Notes: generated from the sequence alone by a model not told the origin. Counted from the first letter of the stretch, positions 17,050 through 26,718 are shown. The stretch: 36,636 nucleotides of DNA from Chthoniobacter flavus (GCA_020718605.1 DYRR01000003.1:1-36636); one strand, 5' to 3'. Translations and numbers: made by a program.

Positions 17050-18117
17050 ATGGTGGAGCCCGTGTCATCCCCGATCCACATCTGTTTTGTCGAGACCGAA
17101 GAGGACGCGGAAAAGTTTTTCTGCGACCATCTGGATTGCGACGACGTGGAGCTTTCCTTCGTGTCCGGCCTCGACGAGGTGGACCCCGAAGTGGAGATTC
17201 TCTCCACCTTCATCTATTCCAAAATCGACCGGGCCTTCCTCGATGCGCATCCCATGCTGCGCCTTGTGGCGACCCGCTCCAATGCCATGGAACACATCGA
17301 CCATGCGGGGTGTTCCGAGCGCGATGTGCGGGTGATGAACGTTACCGAGTGCGGCGAAAACACGGTGGCGGAATACACCTTCGCGCTCATCCTGGCCCTC
17401 TCCCGCAGGCTGCGCGAGGCGATGGACAGCACCGCCCGCGGCAATTTTCAATACTCCGAATTGCGTGGAATCGATCTTATGGGGCGCATGCTCGGCATCG
17501 TGGGCGCGGGGCGCACCGGCCTCCACACCATCCGCATCGCCAAGGGGTTCGGAATGAATGTCCTGGCATTCGATCCGCAGCCAAATCCGGCCACCGCCCG
17601 TGACCTTGGCTTTGAATATGTCTCCTTTGATGAATTGCTGGAGCGCTCGGATATCATTTCCATCCATGCCCCCCCCGCCCCCGACACCCGCCATCTCATG
17701 GATGCCGGGGCGTTCGCCAAGTGCAAGATGGGTGCCCTGATCATCAACACCGCGCATGGCAGTCTCATCGACACCCCGGCACTGCTGAGGGCGCTCGACG
17801 AGGGGCGGATCGCCGGGGCCGGCCTCGATGTGCTCGAAGAGGAGCGCGTCATGAAAAAGGAGTCCGCCTCCATCATTGGCGAACAGATCGTGCGCAACCT
17901 GCGCGCCATCTCTTCGACCGATCAACTCCGCAAACAAAGCCCCCAGCGGGTGGCCGAACTGCGCGGGGTGATCCAAAACCGCGCCCTGATTTCCCGCCCC
18001 AATGTCGTCGTGACCCCCCATATCGCCTACAATAGCTACGAATCGGTCCAGCGCATCCTCGACACCACCCTTTCCTCCATTCATGCCGCCAAGGAAGAGA
18101 TTCTGAAAGCGCGTTGA
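17050..18117 (+). CDS. D-isomer-specific 2-hydroxyacid dehydrogenase (D-LDH-like); start uncertain
   Basis: VAEYT, GIVGAGRTG, DIISIH, INTAHG, GAGLDVLEEE and TPHIAY motifs. Confidence 0.88.
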   Translation: MVEPVSSPIHICFVETEEDAEKFFCDHLDCDDVELSFVSGLDEVDPEVEILSTFIYSKIDRAFLDAHPMLRLVATRSNAMEHIDHAGCSERDVRVMNVTECGENTVAEYTFALILALSRRLREAMDSTARGNFQYSELRGIDLMGRMLGIVGAGRTGLHTIRIAKGFGMNVLAFDPQPNPATARDLGFEYVSFDELLERSDIISIHAPPAPDTRHLMDAGAFAKCKMGALIINTAHGSLIDTPALLRALDEGRIAGAGLDVLEEERVMKKESASIIGEQIVRNLRAISSTDQLRKQSPQRVAELRGVIQNRALISRPNVVVTPHIAYNSYESVQRILDTTLSSIHAAKEEILKAR

Positions 18118-18152
18118 CGAATGCGGGCGCCTGGGTGTCTGATGATGCTGCG

Positions 18153-18548
18153 ATGATTTACTTCTGGATATTTCTCGGGGGCGGGCTCGGCAGCCTGGCC
18201 CGGTTCCTGGGATCCGGGGCGGTGGCGCGCTGCTTCGGCGAAACCTTCCCATGGGGAACCCTGCTGGTGAATGTCACGGGCTCGCTTCTCATCGGCATGT
18301 TCGCCGCCCTCACGGGACCCGATGGACGCTGGCTGGTCGCACCCGCCGCGCGGCAGTTTGTCATGATCGGAGTGCTCGGGGGGTTCACCACATTTTCCTC
18401 GTTCAGCCTCCAAACTCTCGAACTGGCCCGCGACGGCGACTGGCTGCGGGCGGGCCTCAACGCGGTCCTGTCCCTCGTGCTCTGCCTCGCCGCCGTCTGG
18501 CTGGGCCATATCCTCGCCTCCACCCTCAACTTCTGGAAAGGTCTTTGA
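18153..18548 (+). CDS. crcB: Fluoride channel Fluc/CrcB
   Basis: GGGLGSLARF, FPWGTLLVNVTGS and GGFTTFSSF motifs. Confidence 0.95.
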   Translation: MIYFWIFLGGGLGSLARFLGSGAVARCFGETFPWGTLLVNVTGSLLIGMFAALTGPDGRWLVAPAARQFVMIGVLGGFTTFSSFSLQTLELARDGDWLRAGLNAVLSLVLCLAAVWLGHILASTLNFWKGL

Positions 18549-18553
18549 TTTTT

Positions 18554-18910
18554 ATGCAAATCCCACACGAAGCCGTCCGACTGGCCATTTACCTCGGGGA
18601 AAGCGACCGCTGGCATCACCGGCCCCTCTACGAAGCCATCGTACTTGAGGCGCGCGAACGGCATCTCGCCGGAGCCACGGTGCTGCGCGGTCCGATCGGG
18701 TTCGGCAAATCCAGCCGGCTCCACACCGCCAAAATCCTGCGCCTCTCCGACGACCTTCCCATCGTCATCGAGATCGTGGATTCGGAGGAAAAAATCAACG
18801 CGTTCCTGCCCGTTCTGGACGAAATGATGCAGGGTGGTCTCCTGACCATGGAACCGGTGCGCGTCCTCGACTACCGCGCGGGCACTCCGGCGAACGACAC
18901 CCCCGCGTAG
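18554..18910 (+). CDS. DUF190 (PII-like) protein, common crcB partner
   Basis: IYLGESDRW...LAGATVLRGPIGFG...LRLSDDLPIVIEIVD. Confidence 0.9.
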   Translation: MQIPHEAVRLAIYLGESDRWHHRPLYEAIVLEARERHLAGATVLRGPIGFGKSSRLHTAKILRLSDDLPIVIEIVDSEEKINAFLPVLDEMMQGGLLTMEPVRVLDYRAGTPANDTPA

Positions 18911-18978
18911 CGGCGGGCGGAAGCGGGCCGACACGCTGCGGTCCAACACCGAAAAGGTCGTCAGAGCCGCGTTCGGGG

Positions 18979-20187
18979 CTATTTGTTATCCAGCATCACG
19001 GCCTTGTCGAAAGCCTTGAAGAAGTGCGGCAGGGCCGCCTCCACGCGGTTCCAATTGGGGATCATTGGGTCGCCCAGCGGATCGACCAGATATTCCTTTG
19101 CGGCACTGCGGATGCTTCTTACAAATGTCGCGACGGCAAGCTCCTCCTGGTGGCGGTCGTATTTCAGGCTGTTGATCTCGGCGTCCGCGGCGTAGAAACG
19201 CATGGTGTCCTCGGCTTTCCGAATGTAGGCACTGAGCAGGGTGTCGAAGATGCCGACATCGAGCTTCACGCCGTGGCCGGCCAGGGTGCGGAAGACGCAT
19301 TTCACGATGTCGGTGGCCATTTTGTTGAGGCCTTTCGCGGTGTCGCGGGCGGAGAGTTCCTGGTGTTTGTGGTCGTAACATTCGGCCATGTCCACCTGAC
19401 AGATGCTTTTGGGGGAGGAGACCCGGAACACTTCCGCGAGCATGCCGACTTCGACGCCCCAGTCGGAGGGGACGCGCGCACGGCGGATGATGTCGTGGTC
19501 GAGGCTCACTTCGCCGCTCAGCGGGTAGCGGAAGGTGTCGAGGTAATTGAGAAACACGTGATCCCCAATGATGCTTTGCAGGGAACGAATGAGCGGCGTG
19601 AAAAGCAGTCGCATCACGCGGCCGTTGAGCTTGTCGGTGAAGCGCGCACTGTAGCCTTTGCAAAAGTCGAAACCGAGATGGGGGTGGGCCACGGGAAAGC
19701 AGAGGCGGGCCAGAAGTTCGCGGCTGTAGGTGAGAATGTCGCAGTCGTGGACGGCGACCATGCGGGATTTTTCACTGGCGAGCACGTATCCGAAGCACAA
19801 CCAGAGATTGCGTCCCTTGCCGGAGGGGCCGGGATCGAGGTCGGATTCGATGAGTTGCTCCAACAGGCGCTTCATGCGCGGGCCGTCGTTCCAAAGAAGG
19901 ACGGGGTTTTGCGGCAACTGGCCGAAGGTGCTTTTCGCGCGTTTCCAATTGGCGGCATTCGCTCCATCAATGCCCACCACGATCTGCCTGATGTAGGTGA
20001 CATTCTTCAGTTCGCGAAGGATGCCGCGCAGGGCCTTGGTGCCGAGTTCGCGGACATGGCAAGGGAGAACGAGCGCGATGGGGGTTTGTTTGGAAAACTC
20101 ATGAAGGTCCGCCTCCAACCGGGCGATGTTGGGTTTGCCGAGCCGGTGCAATGTGGCCATGGAGCCATCCTGGAAAAAATCCGCCAT
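18979..20187 (-). CDS. gpgS: Glucosyl-3-phosphoglycerate synthase-like glycosyltransferase
   Basis: MADFFQDG...TLH, GKGRNLW, HDCDI, FCKGY...GRVMRL, YPLSGE, DWGVEVG and YDHKHQ motifs. Confidence 0.75.
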   Translation of the reverse strand: MADFFQDGSMATLHRLGKPNIARLEADLHEFSKQTPIALVLPCHVRELGTKALRGILRELKNVTYIRQIVVGIDGANAANWKRAKSTFGQLPQNPVLLWNDGPRMKRLLEQLIESDLDPGPSGKGRNLWLCFGYVLASEKSRMVAVHDCDILTYSRELLARLCFPVAHPHLGFDFCKGYSARFTDKLNGRVMRLLFTPLIRSLQSIIGDHVFLNYLDTFRYPLSGEVSLDHDIIRRARVPSDWGVEVGMLAEVFRVSSPKSICQVDMAECYDHKHQELSARDTAKGLNKMATDIVKCVFRTLAGHGVKLDVGIFDTLLSAYIRKAEDTMRFYAADAEINSLKYDRHQEELAVATFVRSIRSAAKEYLVDPLGDPMIPNWNRVEAALPHFFKAFDKAVMLDNK

Positions 20188-20239
20188 GCCTCACTTTTTA
20201 CTGTCTGTTGGAATTGAGCAACCCTGGAAATCTGTTACA

Positions 20240-21811
20240 ATGTTTCCATTGTCCCGGAAAATTTCCCATCTTTGTGTTGTCCATCATCATCTTCGACCGG
20301 GAGGCGTGCGGCGAATCATCGAGCTGGCCCTCCCTTATTTGGTGGAGAAAAGACCCATCCGCTCCGTCACGCTGGCTGTGGGCGGGGCGGGGGATGCGGG
20401 TTGGATCGATGCCCTGCGCGCGAGTCTGGGCGGGGTGCCGCTTCAGGTTGTTTGTGAGCCGGCGTTCCGCTATTTCTCCGGGCAAAAATCCACGCCCGGG
20501 GCGCTGCGCCGAAAAATTTCCGCCGCGTTGGTGAAACTGGCTCCCAAGCCGGAAGAGACGCTTTTCTGGGTGCACAATCCCGGGCTTGCGCGCAATCTGC
20601 TGCTTGCCGATGAGCTGCGCCGGTTCGCTGCGCGCCACAAAACGACCCTGGTTTTTCATCACCACGATTTTTGGTTCGAGAATCGCTGGACGCGCTGGGA
20701 GGAGTTGCGTCGGGGTGGGTTTCGGTCCGTGGATTCCGTGGCGGAGGCCGTGTTTGCCGCCGGCACATCCGCCATTCACGCGACGATCAACCGGAGTGAC
20801 GCCGCCATCCTGCAACGTCACAAGACGGTGGCCGGGGTGTGGATGCCGAATCTGGCCGGACGTCGGCAGCCCTGTGCGGAAACGAAATGCGTGGAGGCGG
20901 CGCACTGGCTGGCGGACCGGTTGGGCGACGACGGACCGGTCTGGATTTTTCCCACCCGCTTTCTGCGCCGAAAGAATCTCGCGGAGGCCGTATTGTTGAC
21001 GCGCTGGCTGCGTCCCGAAGGATGGCTTGTCACCACGGCGGGGGTGAGTTCCGCGGAGGAGAGGGTTTACGCCCGGGAGCTTGAGAGCGCGGCGAAACGC
21101 GGTGGCTGGCGGGTGCGTTTCCGCATTCTCGAACGCGAAGAGGGGCGGGCTCCCTCGATTCCGGCACTGATGGCCGCCGCAGAGGTTGTGGTGATGACTT
21201 CCGCGCAGGAGGGTTTTGGGTTGCCCTGCGTGGAAGCGGTCGCGGCCGGACGTCCGCTCCTCGCCCGGCGGCTGCCCAATGTGGTGCCCGATCTGGAGAC
21301 TTTCGGATTTCGCCTGCCCTGGCTGTATGACGAAATCTGGATTGATCCGGCTTTATTGGATCTGGGGCGGGAACGCCGTCGTCAATGGGCGGCCTGGCGG
21401 GAATGGAAGGCGGAAATTCCCTCTTCGCTTCGCGCCCTGGCCGGCCGTCCCGCAGTCTTGGAGATTTCCGGGAGCGGCCCCCTGCCGTTCAGTCGTCTCA
21501 CCCTGACAGGCCAGTTGGAGGTGCTGGCGCAGCCCGCCGCAGAGGCGTGGGAGTTGTGTGCGCCTTGGAATCCGGGCCTTTCACGGTGGAGAAACCAAAT
21601 CGCATCCGGACGGTTTCGTGTTGCGGCCTGGCCGCGGCGCGCGGATGGTTTGATCGGCGGCCGCGCCTATGCGCGGAGGTTTTGGGAGGCAATAGAGAAG
21701 CGATCTTCGGTTGACGTTTCGGCGGCGGACTGTCATGCGGTACAGCGGGATTTTATCGGGGAAAGGCTTGGCACCGGCACGCTTTATCCCATTCTCTTTT
21801 CTGCAAAATGA
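20240..21811 (+). CDS. GT-B fold glycosyltransferase (GT4-like), function unknown; start uncertain
   Basis: HHHLRPGGV, HNPGLARN, HHHDFWFE, RFLRRKNLAE and SAQEGFGLPCVE motifs. Confidence 0.8.
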   Translation: MFPLSRKISHLCVVHHHLRPGGVRRIIELALPYLVEKRPIRSVTLAVGGAGDAGWIDALRASLGGVPLQVVCEPAFRYFSGQKSTPGALRRKISAALVKLAPKPEETLFWVHNPGLARNLLLADELRRFAARHKTTLVFHHHDFWFENRWTRWEELRRGGFRSVDSVAEAVFAAGTSAIHATINRSDAAILQRHKTVAGVWMPNLAGRRQPCAETKCVEAAHWLADRLGDDGPVWIFPTRFLRRKNLAEAVLLTRWLRPEGWLVTTAGVSSAEERVYARELESAAKRGGWRVRFRILEREEGRAPSIPALMAAAEVVVMTSAQEGFGLPCVEAVAAGRPLLARRLPNVVPDLETFGFRLPWLYDEIWIDPALLDLGRERRRQWAAWREWKAEIPSSLRALAGRPAVLEISGSGPLPFSRLTLTGQLEVLAQPAAEAWELCAPWNPGLSRWRNQIASGRFRVAAWPRRADGLIGGRAYARRFWEAIEKRSSVDVSAADCHAVQRDFIGERLGTGTLYPILFSAK

Positions 21812-22536
21812 ATACGTTGAAAGCGGTCATCGTCGATGTCTATCAGACGCTGCTCGAAGTCGCGCATCCCGAGGGTGATCGGGAGGAGGCGTGGAAGCAG
21901 CTCTATCGGGAGTATTTTGACGCCCCCCCCGAAATGACTCTGGAACATCTGGCGGAACGTTGCCGGCACATTGTTTCCGGGGACCATTCCCAGGCCCACC
22001 GTGCCGGAGTCGTCCATCCCGAGGTGGTCTGGGCCGATGTGATGCGGCGGGCGCTGCCGACCTTTGCAGGACTGCCGGAGGAGAGGGGGGAGGATTTCCT
22101 TTTCCATCATATTCAACTTCTCCGCACTCTGAGTCTCGCCCCCGGATGCACGCGGCTGATGCAAATCTGCCGGGATCGCGGGATCGTGCTGGGCATCGTC
22201 TCCAACGCGCAGCCGTACACGCTGCGCGAACTGGACACACTGCTGCGGACCGGGGGCCAGTCGCTGGAGGGTTTCGAGAAGGATCTTTGCGTATGGTCCT
22301 TTGAGAACGGATTCAGCAAGCCGGATCCCCATGTGTTCCGGTTGCTGGCCTTCCGCCTGCGGCACCGCGGCATCCGGCCGGAGGAAACGCTGGTGATCGG
22401 AGATCGCAGGGACAACGACATCGGGCCCGCCGGGGCGCAGGGGTTTCAGACTTGGTGGATCAACGGTTCGCAGGAAGGCAATTGGCGGGCATTGCTTGCG
22501 GCCCGATTCACCCGGGCCGACGCCAGCCATGAGTGA
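21808..22536 (+). CDS. HAD-superfamily hydrolase/phosphatase
   Basis: DVYQTLL (motif I variant), IVSNA, SKPDP and IGDRRDNDI motifs; ATGA overlap with the upstream GT. Confidence 0.88.
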   Translation: MNTLKAVIVDVYQTLLEVAHPEGDREEAWKQLYREYFDAPPEMTLEHLAERCRHIVSGDHSQAHRAGVVHPEVVWADVMRRALPTFAGLPEERGEDFLFHHIQLLRTLSLAPGCTRLMQICRDRGIVLGIVSNAQPYTLRELDTLLRTGGQSLEGFEKDLCVWSFENGFSKPDPHVFRLLAFRLRHRGIRPEETLVIGDRRDNDIGPAGAQGFQTWWINGSQEGNWRALLAARFTRADASHE

Positions 22537-22573
22537 TTAATCTTTTCACACCAATTTCATCCCGCCAAATCAT

Positions 22574-23860
22574 ATGAGTCTCACAGTTCCCCTCACCCGG
22601 TTTCCGCAACGCATCGGATTCATCTCCACCCGCTTTCACGGCACGGATGGAGTCACCCTGGAAGCCGCCAAATGGGCTTCCATTCTTGAAACCGAAGGGG
22701 CTGCCTGCTACTGGATGGCCGGACTGCTCGACCGGCCCGGCGCTGTCAGTTTTCTCGACGAGCGCGCGTTTTTTAATCACCCGGAAGTGGTGGAAGTTCA
22801 GGAGCAGCTTTTTGGCCGGACCACCCGCCCGCGCGAAATCACCGACCGGGTGCATCAGCTCAAGGAAGGCCTCAAAAATTCCATCTACGCCTTCATCGAA
22901 CGCTTTGATCTGCAGCTTCTGATCCCGCAAAATATTCTCGCCATTCCCATGCACATCCCGCTTGGCCTTGCGGTTACCGAAGTGATTGCCGAGACGGGCA
23001 TCCCGGCCATCGCCCATCACCACGACTTCACATGGGAGCGCGAGCGATTCACCGTCACCTCCGGCTCGGATTATCTCGCCGCCGCCTTCCCTCCCACGCT
23101 GCCGCACCTTGAACACGTCGTGATCAACAGTATGCAGCAAAGAGAGGTCGCCCGGCGCTATGGCCAATCGACCACGGTGATTCCGAACGTCATTGATTTC
23201 GAAACGCCCCCGCCTGCGGCGGACGGATACGTCGCCGATTTTCGCCGCGAAATTGGCGTCTCCGACGACGACATTCTTGTCCTGCAACCCACCCGACTCG
23301 TTGCCCGCAAGGGTATCGAGCACGCCATCGAACTGCTTCGCCGACTGAATGAGCCCCGTCTCAAACTCATTCTCTCCCATCCGGGCGGCGACGAAGGGGA
23401 TGCTTATGTCAGACTCCTGCACGACCGCATTGCCGACGCCGGCATCCACGCTTTGTTTATCGCCGACCGCATCGGCGAGTCCCGTGGGGTGAATGAATTC
23501 GGACAGAAAATCTACACCCTTTTCGACATCTACCCGCACGCCGACCTTGTGACCTACCCGAGTTATTACGAGGGATTCGGCAATGCCTTCCTTGAAGCCA
23601 TCTACTTCGGAAAACCCGTTGTGGTGAACACCTACGCCGTCTATGCCCGCGACATCGATCCACTCGGTTTCAAGACCATCGGGATGTCCATGCTCGTGAC
23701 CAATGAGGTCGTCGAACAAACCCGCAGGATACTGCGCAACCCGGCCCTGCGCGAACAGTGGGCGGTCATCAACTACGATCTCGGGCGGAAATTTTTCTCC
23801 CACTCCGTCGCCCGCCGCAAGCTTGCCGGCCGCATAGCCAAGCTCTTCGGCGAAGGGTGA
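22574..23860 (+). CDS. GT4 glycosyltransferase, mannosylglucosylglycerate synthase (MggS)-like
   Basis: IGFISTRFHGTDGVTLE, IPMHIPLG, AHHHDFTWER, QPTRLVARKGIEHAIE and TYPSYYEGFGNAFLEA motifs; near gpgS. Confidence 0.7.
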   Translation: MSLTVPLTRFPQRIGFISTRFHGTDGVTLEAAKWASILETEGAACYWMAGLLDRPGAVSFLDERAFFNHPEVVEVQEQLFGRTTRPREITDRVHQLKEGLKNSIYAFIERFDLQLLIPQNILAIPMHIPLGLAVTEVIAETGIPAIAHHHDFTWERERFTVTSGSDYLAAAFPPTLPHLEHVVINSMQQREVARRYGQSTTVIPNVIDFETPPPAADGYVADFRREIGVSDDDILVLQPTRLVARKGIEHAIELLRRLNEPRLKLILSHPGGDEGDAYVRLLHDRIADAGIHALFIADRIGESRGVNEFGQKIYTLFDIYPHADLVTYPSYYEGFGNAFLEAIYFGKPVVVNTYAVYARDIDPLGFKTIGMSMLVTNEVVEQTRRILRNPALREQWAVINYDLGRKFFSHSVARRKLAGRIAKLFGEG

Positions 23861-23992
23861 GAAAACCTTCCCGTCCGCAGCAAAATGGGCTCTGACTGTA
23901 AAAAAATGGAGTTGGCAACATGTGCCATCCCGACCTCTCTCGTAGCATGTGAGGAACTGGGAAAAGCGGAGGACCCTGTTCGAGTTGGCGGG

Positions 23993-24050
23993 GTAGGGAT
24001 GAGCGGCCCGCTCGTCCGGTTCGAGGACGCGCGAGGCTGCACGTCTCCAC
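23993..24050. repeat. REP doublet (REPIN-like), GTAG/GTGG ends on the outside
   Basis: GTAG-GGATGAGCGG-c-CCGCTCGTCC ... GGACGCGC-gaggct-GCACGTCT-CCAC. Confidence 0.55.
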
Positions 24051-24151
24051 CAAAAAATGGGCTCATCTCTTTTCCTTCCACGTCCGGATGTCTGAGGATG
24101 TTCGGGATCGGCTTGGCGCTTGTCCACAGCCGGTCGGCAAAAGGGGCGCAC

Positions 24152-24613
24152 TCAGGATTTTGCCATTTTGGCGGTGGCCGGAATGACTTTCAGACCGGAT
24201 AGTGCCGCCGCCTTGCGTTGCCGCGCGTCATAGGATGCAAAGGCCGTGCATCCGGCTTCCAGAGCCGCCGCAACATGCAGGAGGTCCAGGCTGCGGGTTC
24301 CGATGTCCCCCGAGTGCCGGACGGAAAGTTGCTCCGCACGGATGAAGACGGCACCAAGGTCATAAGCGGGCCGTGCAAATCTCCCCGCGTCCACATCCGC
24401 CGCGAATGCGCGGAGTGCCGCGGTTTCCTGCGCCCGCGTGATCTCCCCGCGAAAGCGTTTCAATCGGATTGCATTGGGAATTTCTATCTCATGCAAGTGA
24501 GAGTACGCGAAGGGAGTTCCAAGCCTGCGCAGGAGGGTTTCCGCCTCCTTCGAGTTTGGTTCTTCAATATAGCTTTTCACGAAAAGTCCGCTGTCCACAT
24601 AGGCTGCGCTCAT
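24152..24613 (-). CDS. vapC: PIN-domain (VapC-like) toxin
   Basis: YVDSGLFVKSYIEE, HEIEI, RSLDLLHVAAA and FASYDARQ motifs; GTGA/ATGA-type overlap with the antitoxin. Confidence 0.88.
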   Translation of the reverse strand: MSAAYVDSGLFVKSYIEEPNSKEAETLLRRLGTPFAYSHLHEIEIPNAIRLKRFRGEITRAQETAALRAFAADVDAGRFARPAYDLGAVFIRAEQLSVRHSGDIGTRSLDLLHVAAALEAGCTAFASYDARQRKAAALSGLKVIPATAKMAKS

Positions 24614-24858
24614 GTGTCCCCCCTGTCATAATCCAGCACGTCTTGAACGTCGCCCTTGGTGGGGCCGTTCGGAAACAACCTGCGCCTCCATGCCTCCCGG
24701 TCAGGCCATTCCGGGGCGGGGAGAGGGCCGCGCCGCGAGGGGGCTAGCGTGGCAAAGGGAAGTCCCCGCTTCGTGATCGCCACTTGCTCGCCGCTGTGAA
24801 TCCAGCGCGAAATGGTGGCAAAATTATTCCGCAAATCCGCGACGGTCGCCGTTTTCAT
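24610..24858 (-). CDS. Phd/YefM-family antitoxin
   Basis: MKTATVADLRNNFATISRWIHSGEQVAITKRGLPFATL...DYDRG. Confidence 0.88.
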   Translation of the reverse strand: MKTATVADLRNNFATISRWIHSGEQVAITKRGLPFATLAPSRRGPLPAPEWPDREAWRRRLFPNGPTKGDVQDVLDYDRGDT

Positions 24859-24859
24859 T

Positions 24860-24895
24860 TGATAGATGATCTATCACGCCATCGCGGCCTGTCAA
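24860..24895 (-). promoter_or_regulatory. TA promoter with autoregulatory palindrome
   Basis: TTGACA (24895-24890), an 18-bp spacer, then GATCAT. The perfect palindrome TGATAGAT-G-ATCTATCA (24860-24876) covers the -10 and lies next to the ATG. Confidence 0.65.
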
Positions 24896-24945
24896 ACGAA
24901 TTGAAGCGGAATGATTTTGTGGAACCGCCCACCCAGGGAGCAACG

Positions 24946-26718
24946 TCACTCCGGTTTGGCCGCGCGGGGCTGGATGTGCAGTTCGCGGAGCTGCCGCGGC
25001 TCCACCGGGGCGGGCGATTTGGACATGAGATCCTGGCCCCGGTTGTTCTTCGGGAACGCGATCACTTCACGGATGGATTCCGCGCCGAGCATGAGCATCA
25101 CCAGACGGTCCAGACCCAGCGCGATGCCGCCATGGGGCGGGGCACCAAACCGGAACGCTTTCAGGATATGGCCGAACATGGCCTCCTGTTGCTCCGCGCT
25201 CACGCCGAGTGCGTCGAACATTCTGGCCTGCAAATCGGATTCGTGGATCCGGATGCTGCCCCCGCCGATTTCCACGCCGTTGAGGACGACGTCGTAAGCC
25301 TCGGCCCGGATCGCCGCATAGTCGCCGCACTCCAGCAGGGAGCGGTCCTCGTCCTTCGGACGGGTGAACGGATGATGCACCGCCGCCCAGCGTCCTTCCT
25401 CGGGACTGAACTGGAGCAGGGGAAAATCGACCACCCACAGGAAATTCAGATCGGTGTTGCCTTCCAGGAGTTTCTGGATTTCGGCCACGCGCAGGCGGAT
25501 GCGTCCCAGCACCTCGCACACGATCTCCCATTTGTCGGCGCCGAAAAGGACCAGATCGCCTTCTTCGATGCCAAGCCGTTGCGTGAGTGCCGCTTTTTCC
25601 TGCTCCGAGAAAAACTTCACGATGGGGGATTTCCACCCGCCGTTTTCGACTTTGATGAATGCCAGGCCTTTCGCGCCATATTGGCGGGCCATGTTGGTGA
25701 GATCCTCGATCTGACCGGTGGTGATGCATGCGAAGCCCTTGGCATTCAAGGCCTTGACCACGCCCTTGGAATCGAGCGCACCGCGGAACACCTTGAATTC
25801 GCTCGCGCTGAAAATGTCGCCCACGTCGGTGAGTTCCAATCCGAACCGGGTGTCCGGGCGGTCGCTGCCGAAGCGGTTCAGTGCGTCCTGATACGTCATG
25901 CGCTCGAATTGCGCCGGGATCCCGCGTCCGAGCACCTGTTGGAACAACCGCACAAAGAGCCCCTCCATGAGCGCGAGCAGATCGTCGCGGTGGATGAAGG
26001 ACGCCTCGATGTCCACCTGGGTGAACTCCGGCTGGCGGTCGGCCCGCAGATCCTCGTCGCGGAAACAGCGCGCGATCTGGAAGTACTTGTCCAGCCCCGC
26101 AACCATGAGCAGTTGCTTGTATTGCTGGGGTGCCTGCGGCAGCGCGTAGAAACACCCGGGATGCAGACGGCTCGGGACCAGATAATCCCGTGCGCCTTCC
26201 GGCGTGCTTTTGGAAAGCACGGGCGTTTCGACTTCCAGAAATCCGGCGTCGTCCAGATAGTCGCGCACGATTTTCACGATCCGATGCCGCTGGCGCAGAT
26301 TGTTGAGCAGGGCCGGACGGCGGAGATCGAGATAGCGATAGGCCAGGCGCAGATCTTCGTTGGCCACATCGTCATCGATGGGAAACGGCGGCACATCGGC
26401 CTTGCTCAGAACAATGAGTGCGGTGGCCACGACTTCGATCGCGCCGGTGTCGAGCTTCCCGTTTTCTGTGCCTGCCAGCCGGGCCGCCACGCGCCCGGTG
26501 ACTTGGATTACATCCTCGCCGCGCAAATGCTGGGCGGCTGCGGCGACCTCCGCATTCTCCTCGGGACGGAACACCACCTGGGTAAGCCCCTCGCGGTCGC
26601 GCAGATCGATGAAGAGCACTCCGCCGTGGTCGCGGCGGGAGGCCACCCACCCCGACAGGGTGACGGTGGAGGAAATGTCGGAGGCGCGGAGAGCGCTGCA
26701 ATGGTGCGTGCGATACAT
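24946..26718 (-). CDS. aspS: Aspartyl-tRNA synthetase (probably non-discriminating)
   Basis: RRDHGG, TPEGARDY, FRDEDLRADRQPEFTQ and GAPPHGGIALGLDR motifs. Confidence 0.98.
   Translation of the reverse strand: MYRTHHCSALRASDISSTVTLSGWVASRRDHGGVLFIDLRDREGLTQVVFRPEENAEVAAAAQHLRGEDVIQVTGRVAARLAGTENGKLDTGAIEVVATALIVLSKADVPPFPIDDDVANEDLRLAYRYLDLRRPALLNNLRQRHRIVKIVRDYLDDAGFLEVETPVLSKSTPEGARDYLVPSRLHPGCFYALPQAPQQYKQLLMVAGLDKYFQIARCFRDEDLRADRQPEFTQVDIEASFIHRDDLLALMEGLFVRLFQQVLGRGIPAQFERMTYQDALNRFGSDRPDTRFGLELTDVGDIFSASEFKVFRGALDSKGVVKALNAKGFACITTGQIEDLTNMARQYGAKGLAFIKVENGGWKSPIVKFFSEQEKAALTQRLGIEEGDLVLFGADKWEIVCEVLGRIRLRVAEIQKLLEGNTDLNFLWVVDFPLLQFSPEEGRWAAVHHPFTRPKDEDRSLLECGDYAAIRAEAYDVVLNGVEIGGGSIRIHESDLQARMFDALGVSAEQQEAMFGHILKAFRFGAPPHGGIALGLDRLVMLMLGAESIREVIAFPKNNRGQDLMSKSPAPVEPRQLRELHIQPRAAKPE

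Noticed and set aside
18114-18152. Possible fluoride riboswitch before crcB (CTGATGATGCTGC resembles its 3' part)
   Set aside because: The 5' GGYGATGG...CC helix is absent and the gap is only about 35 bp.
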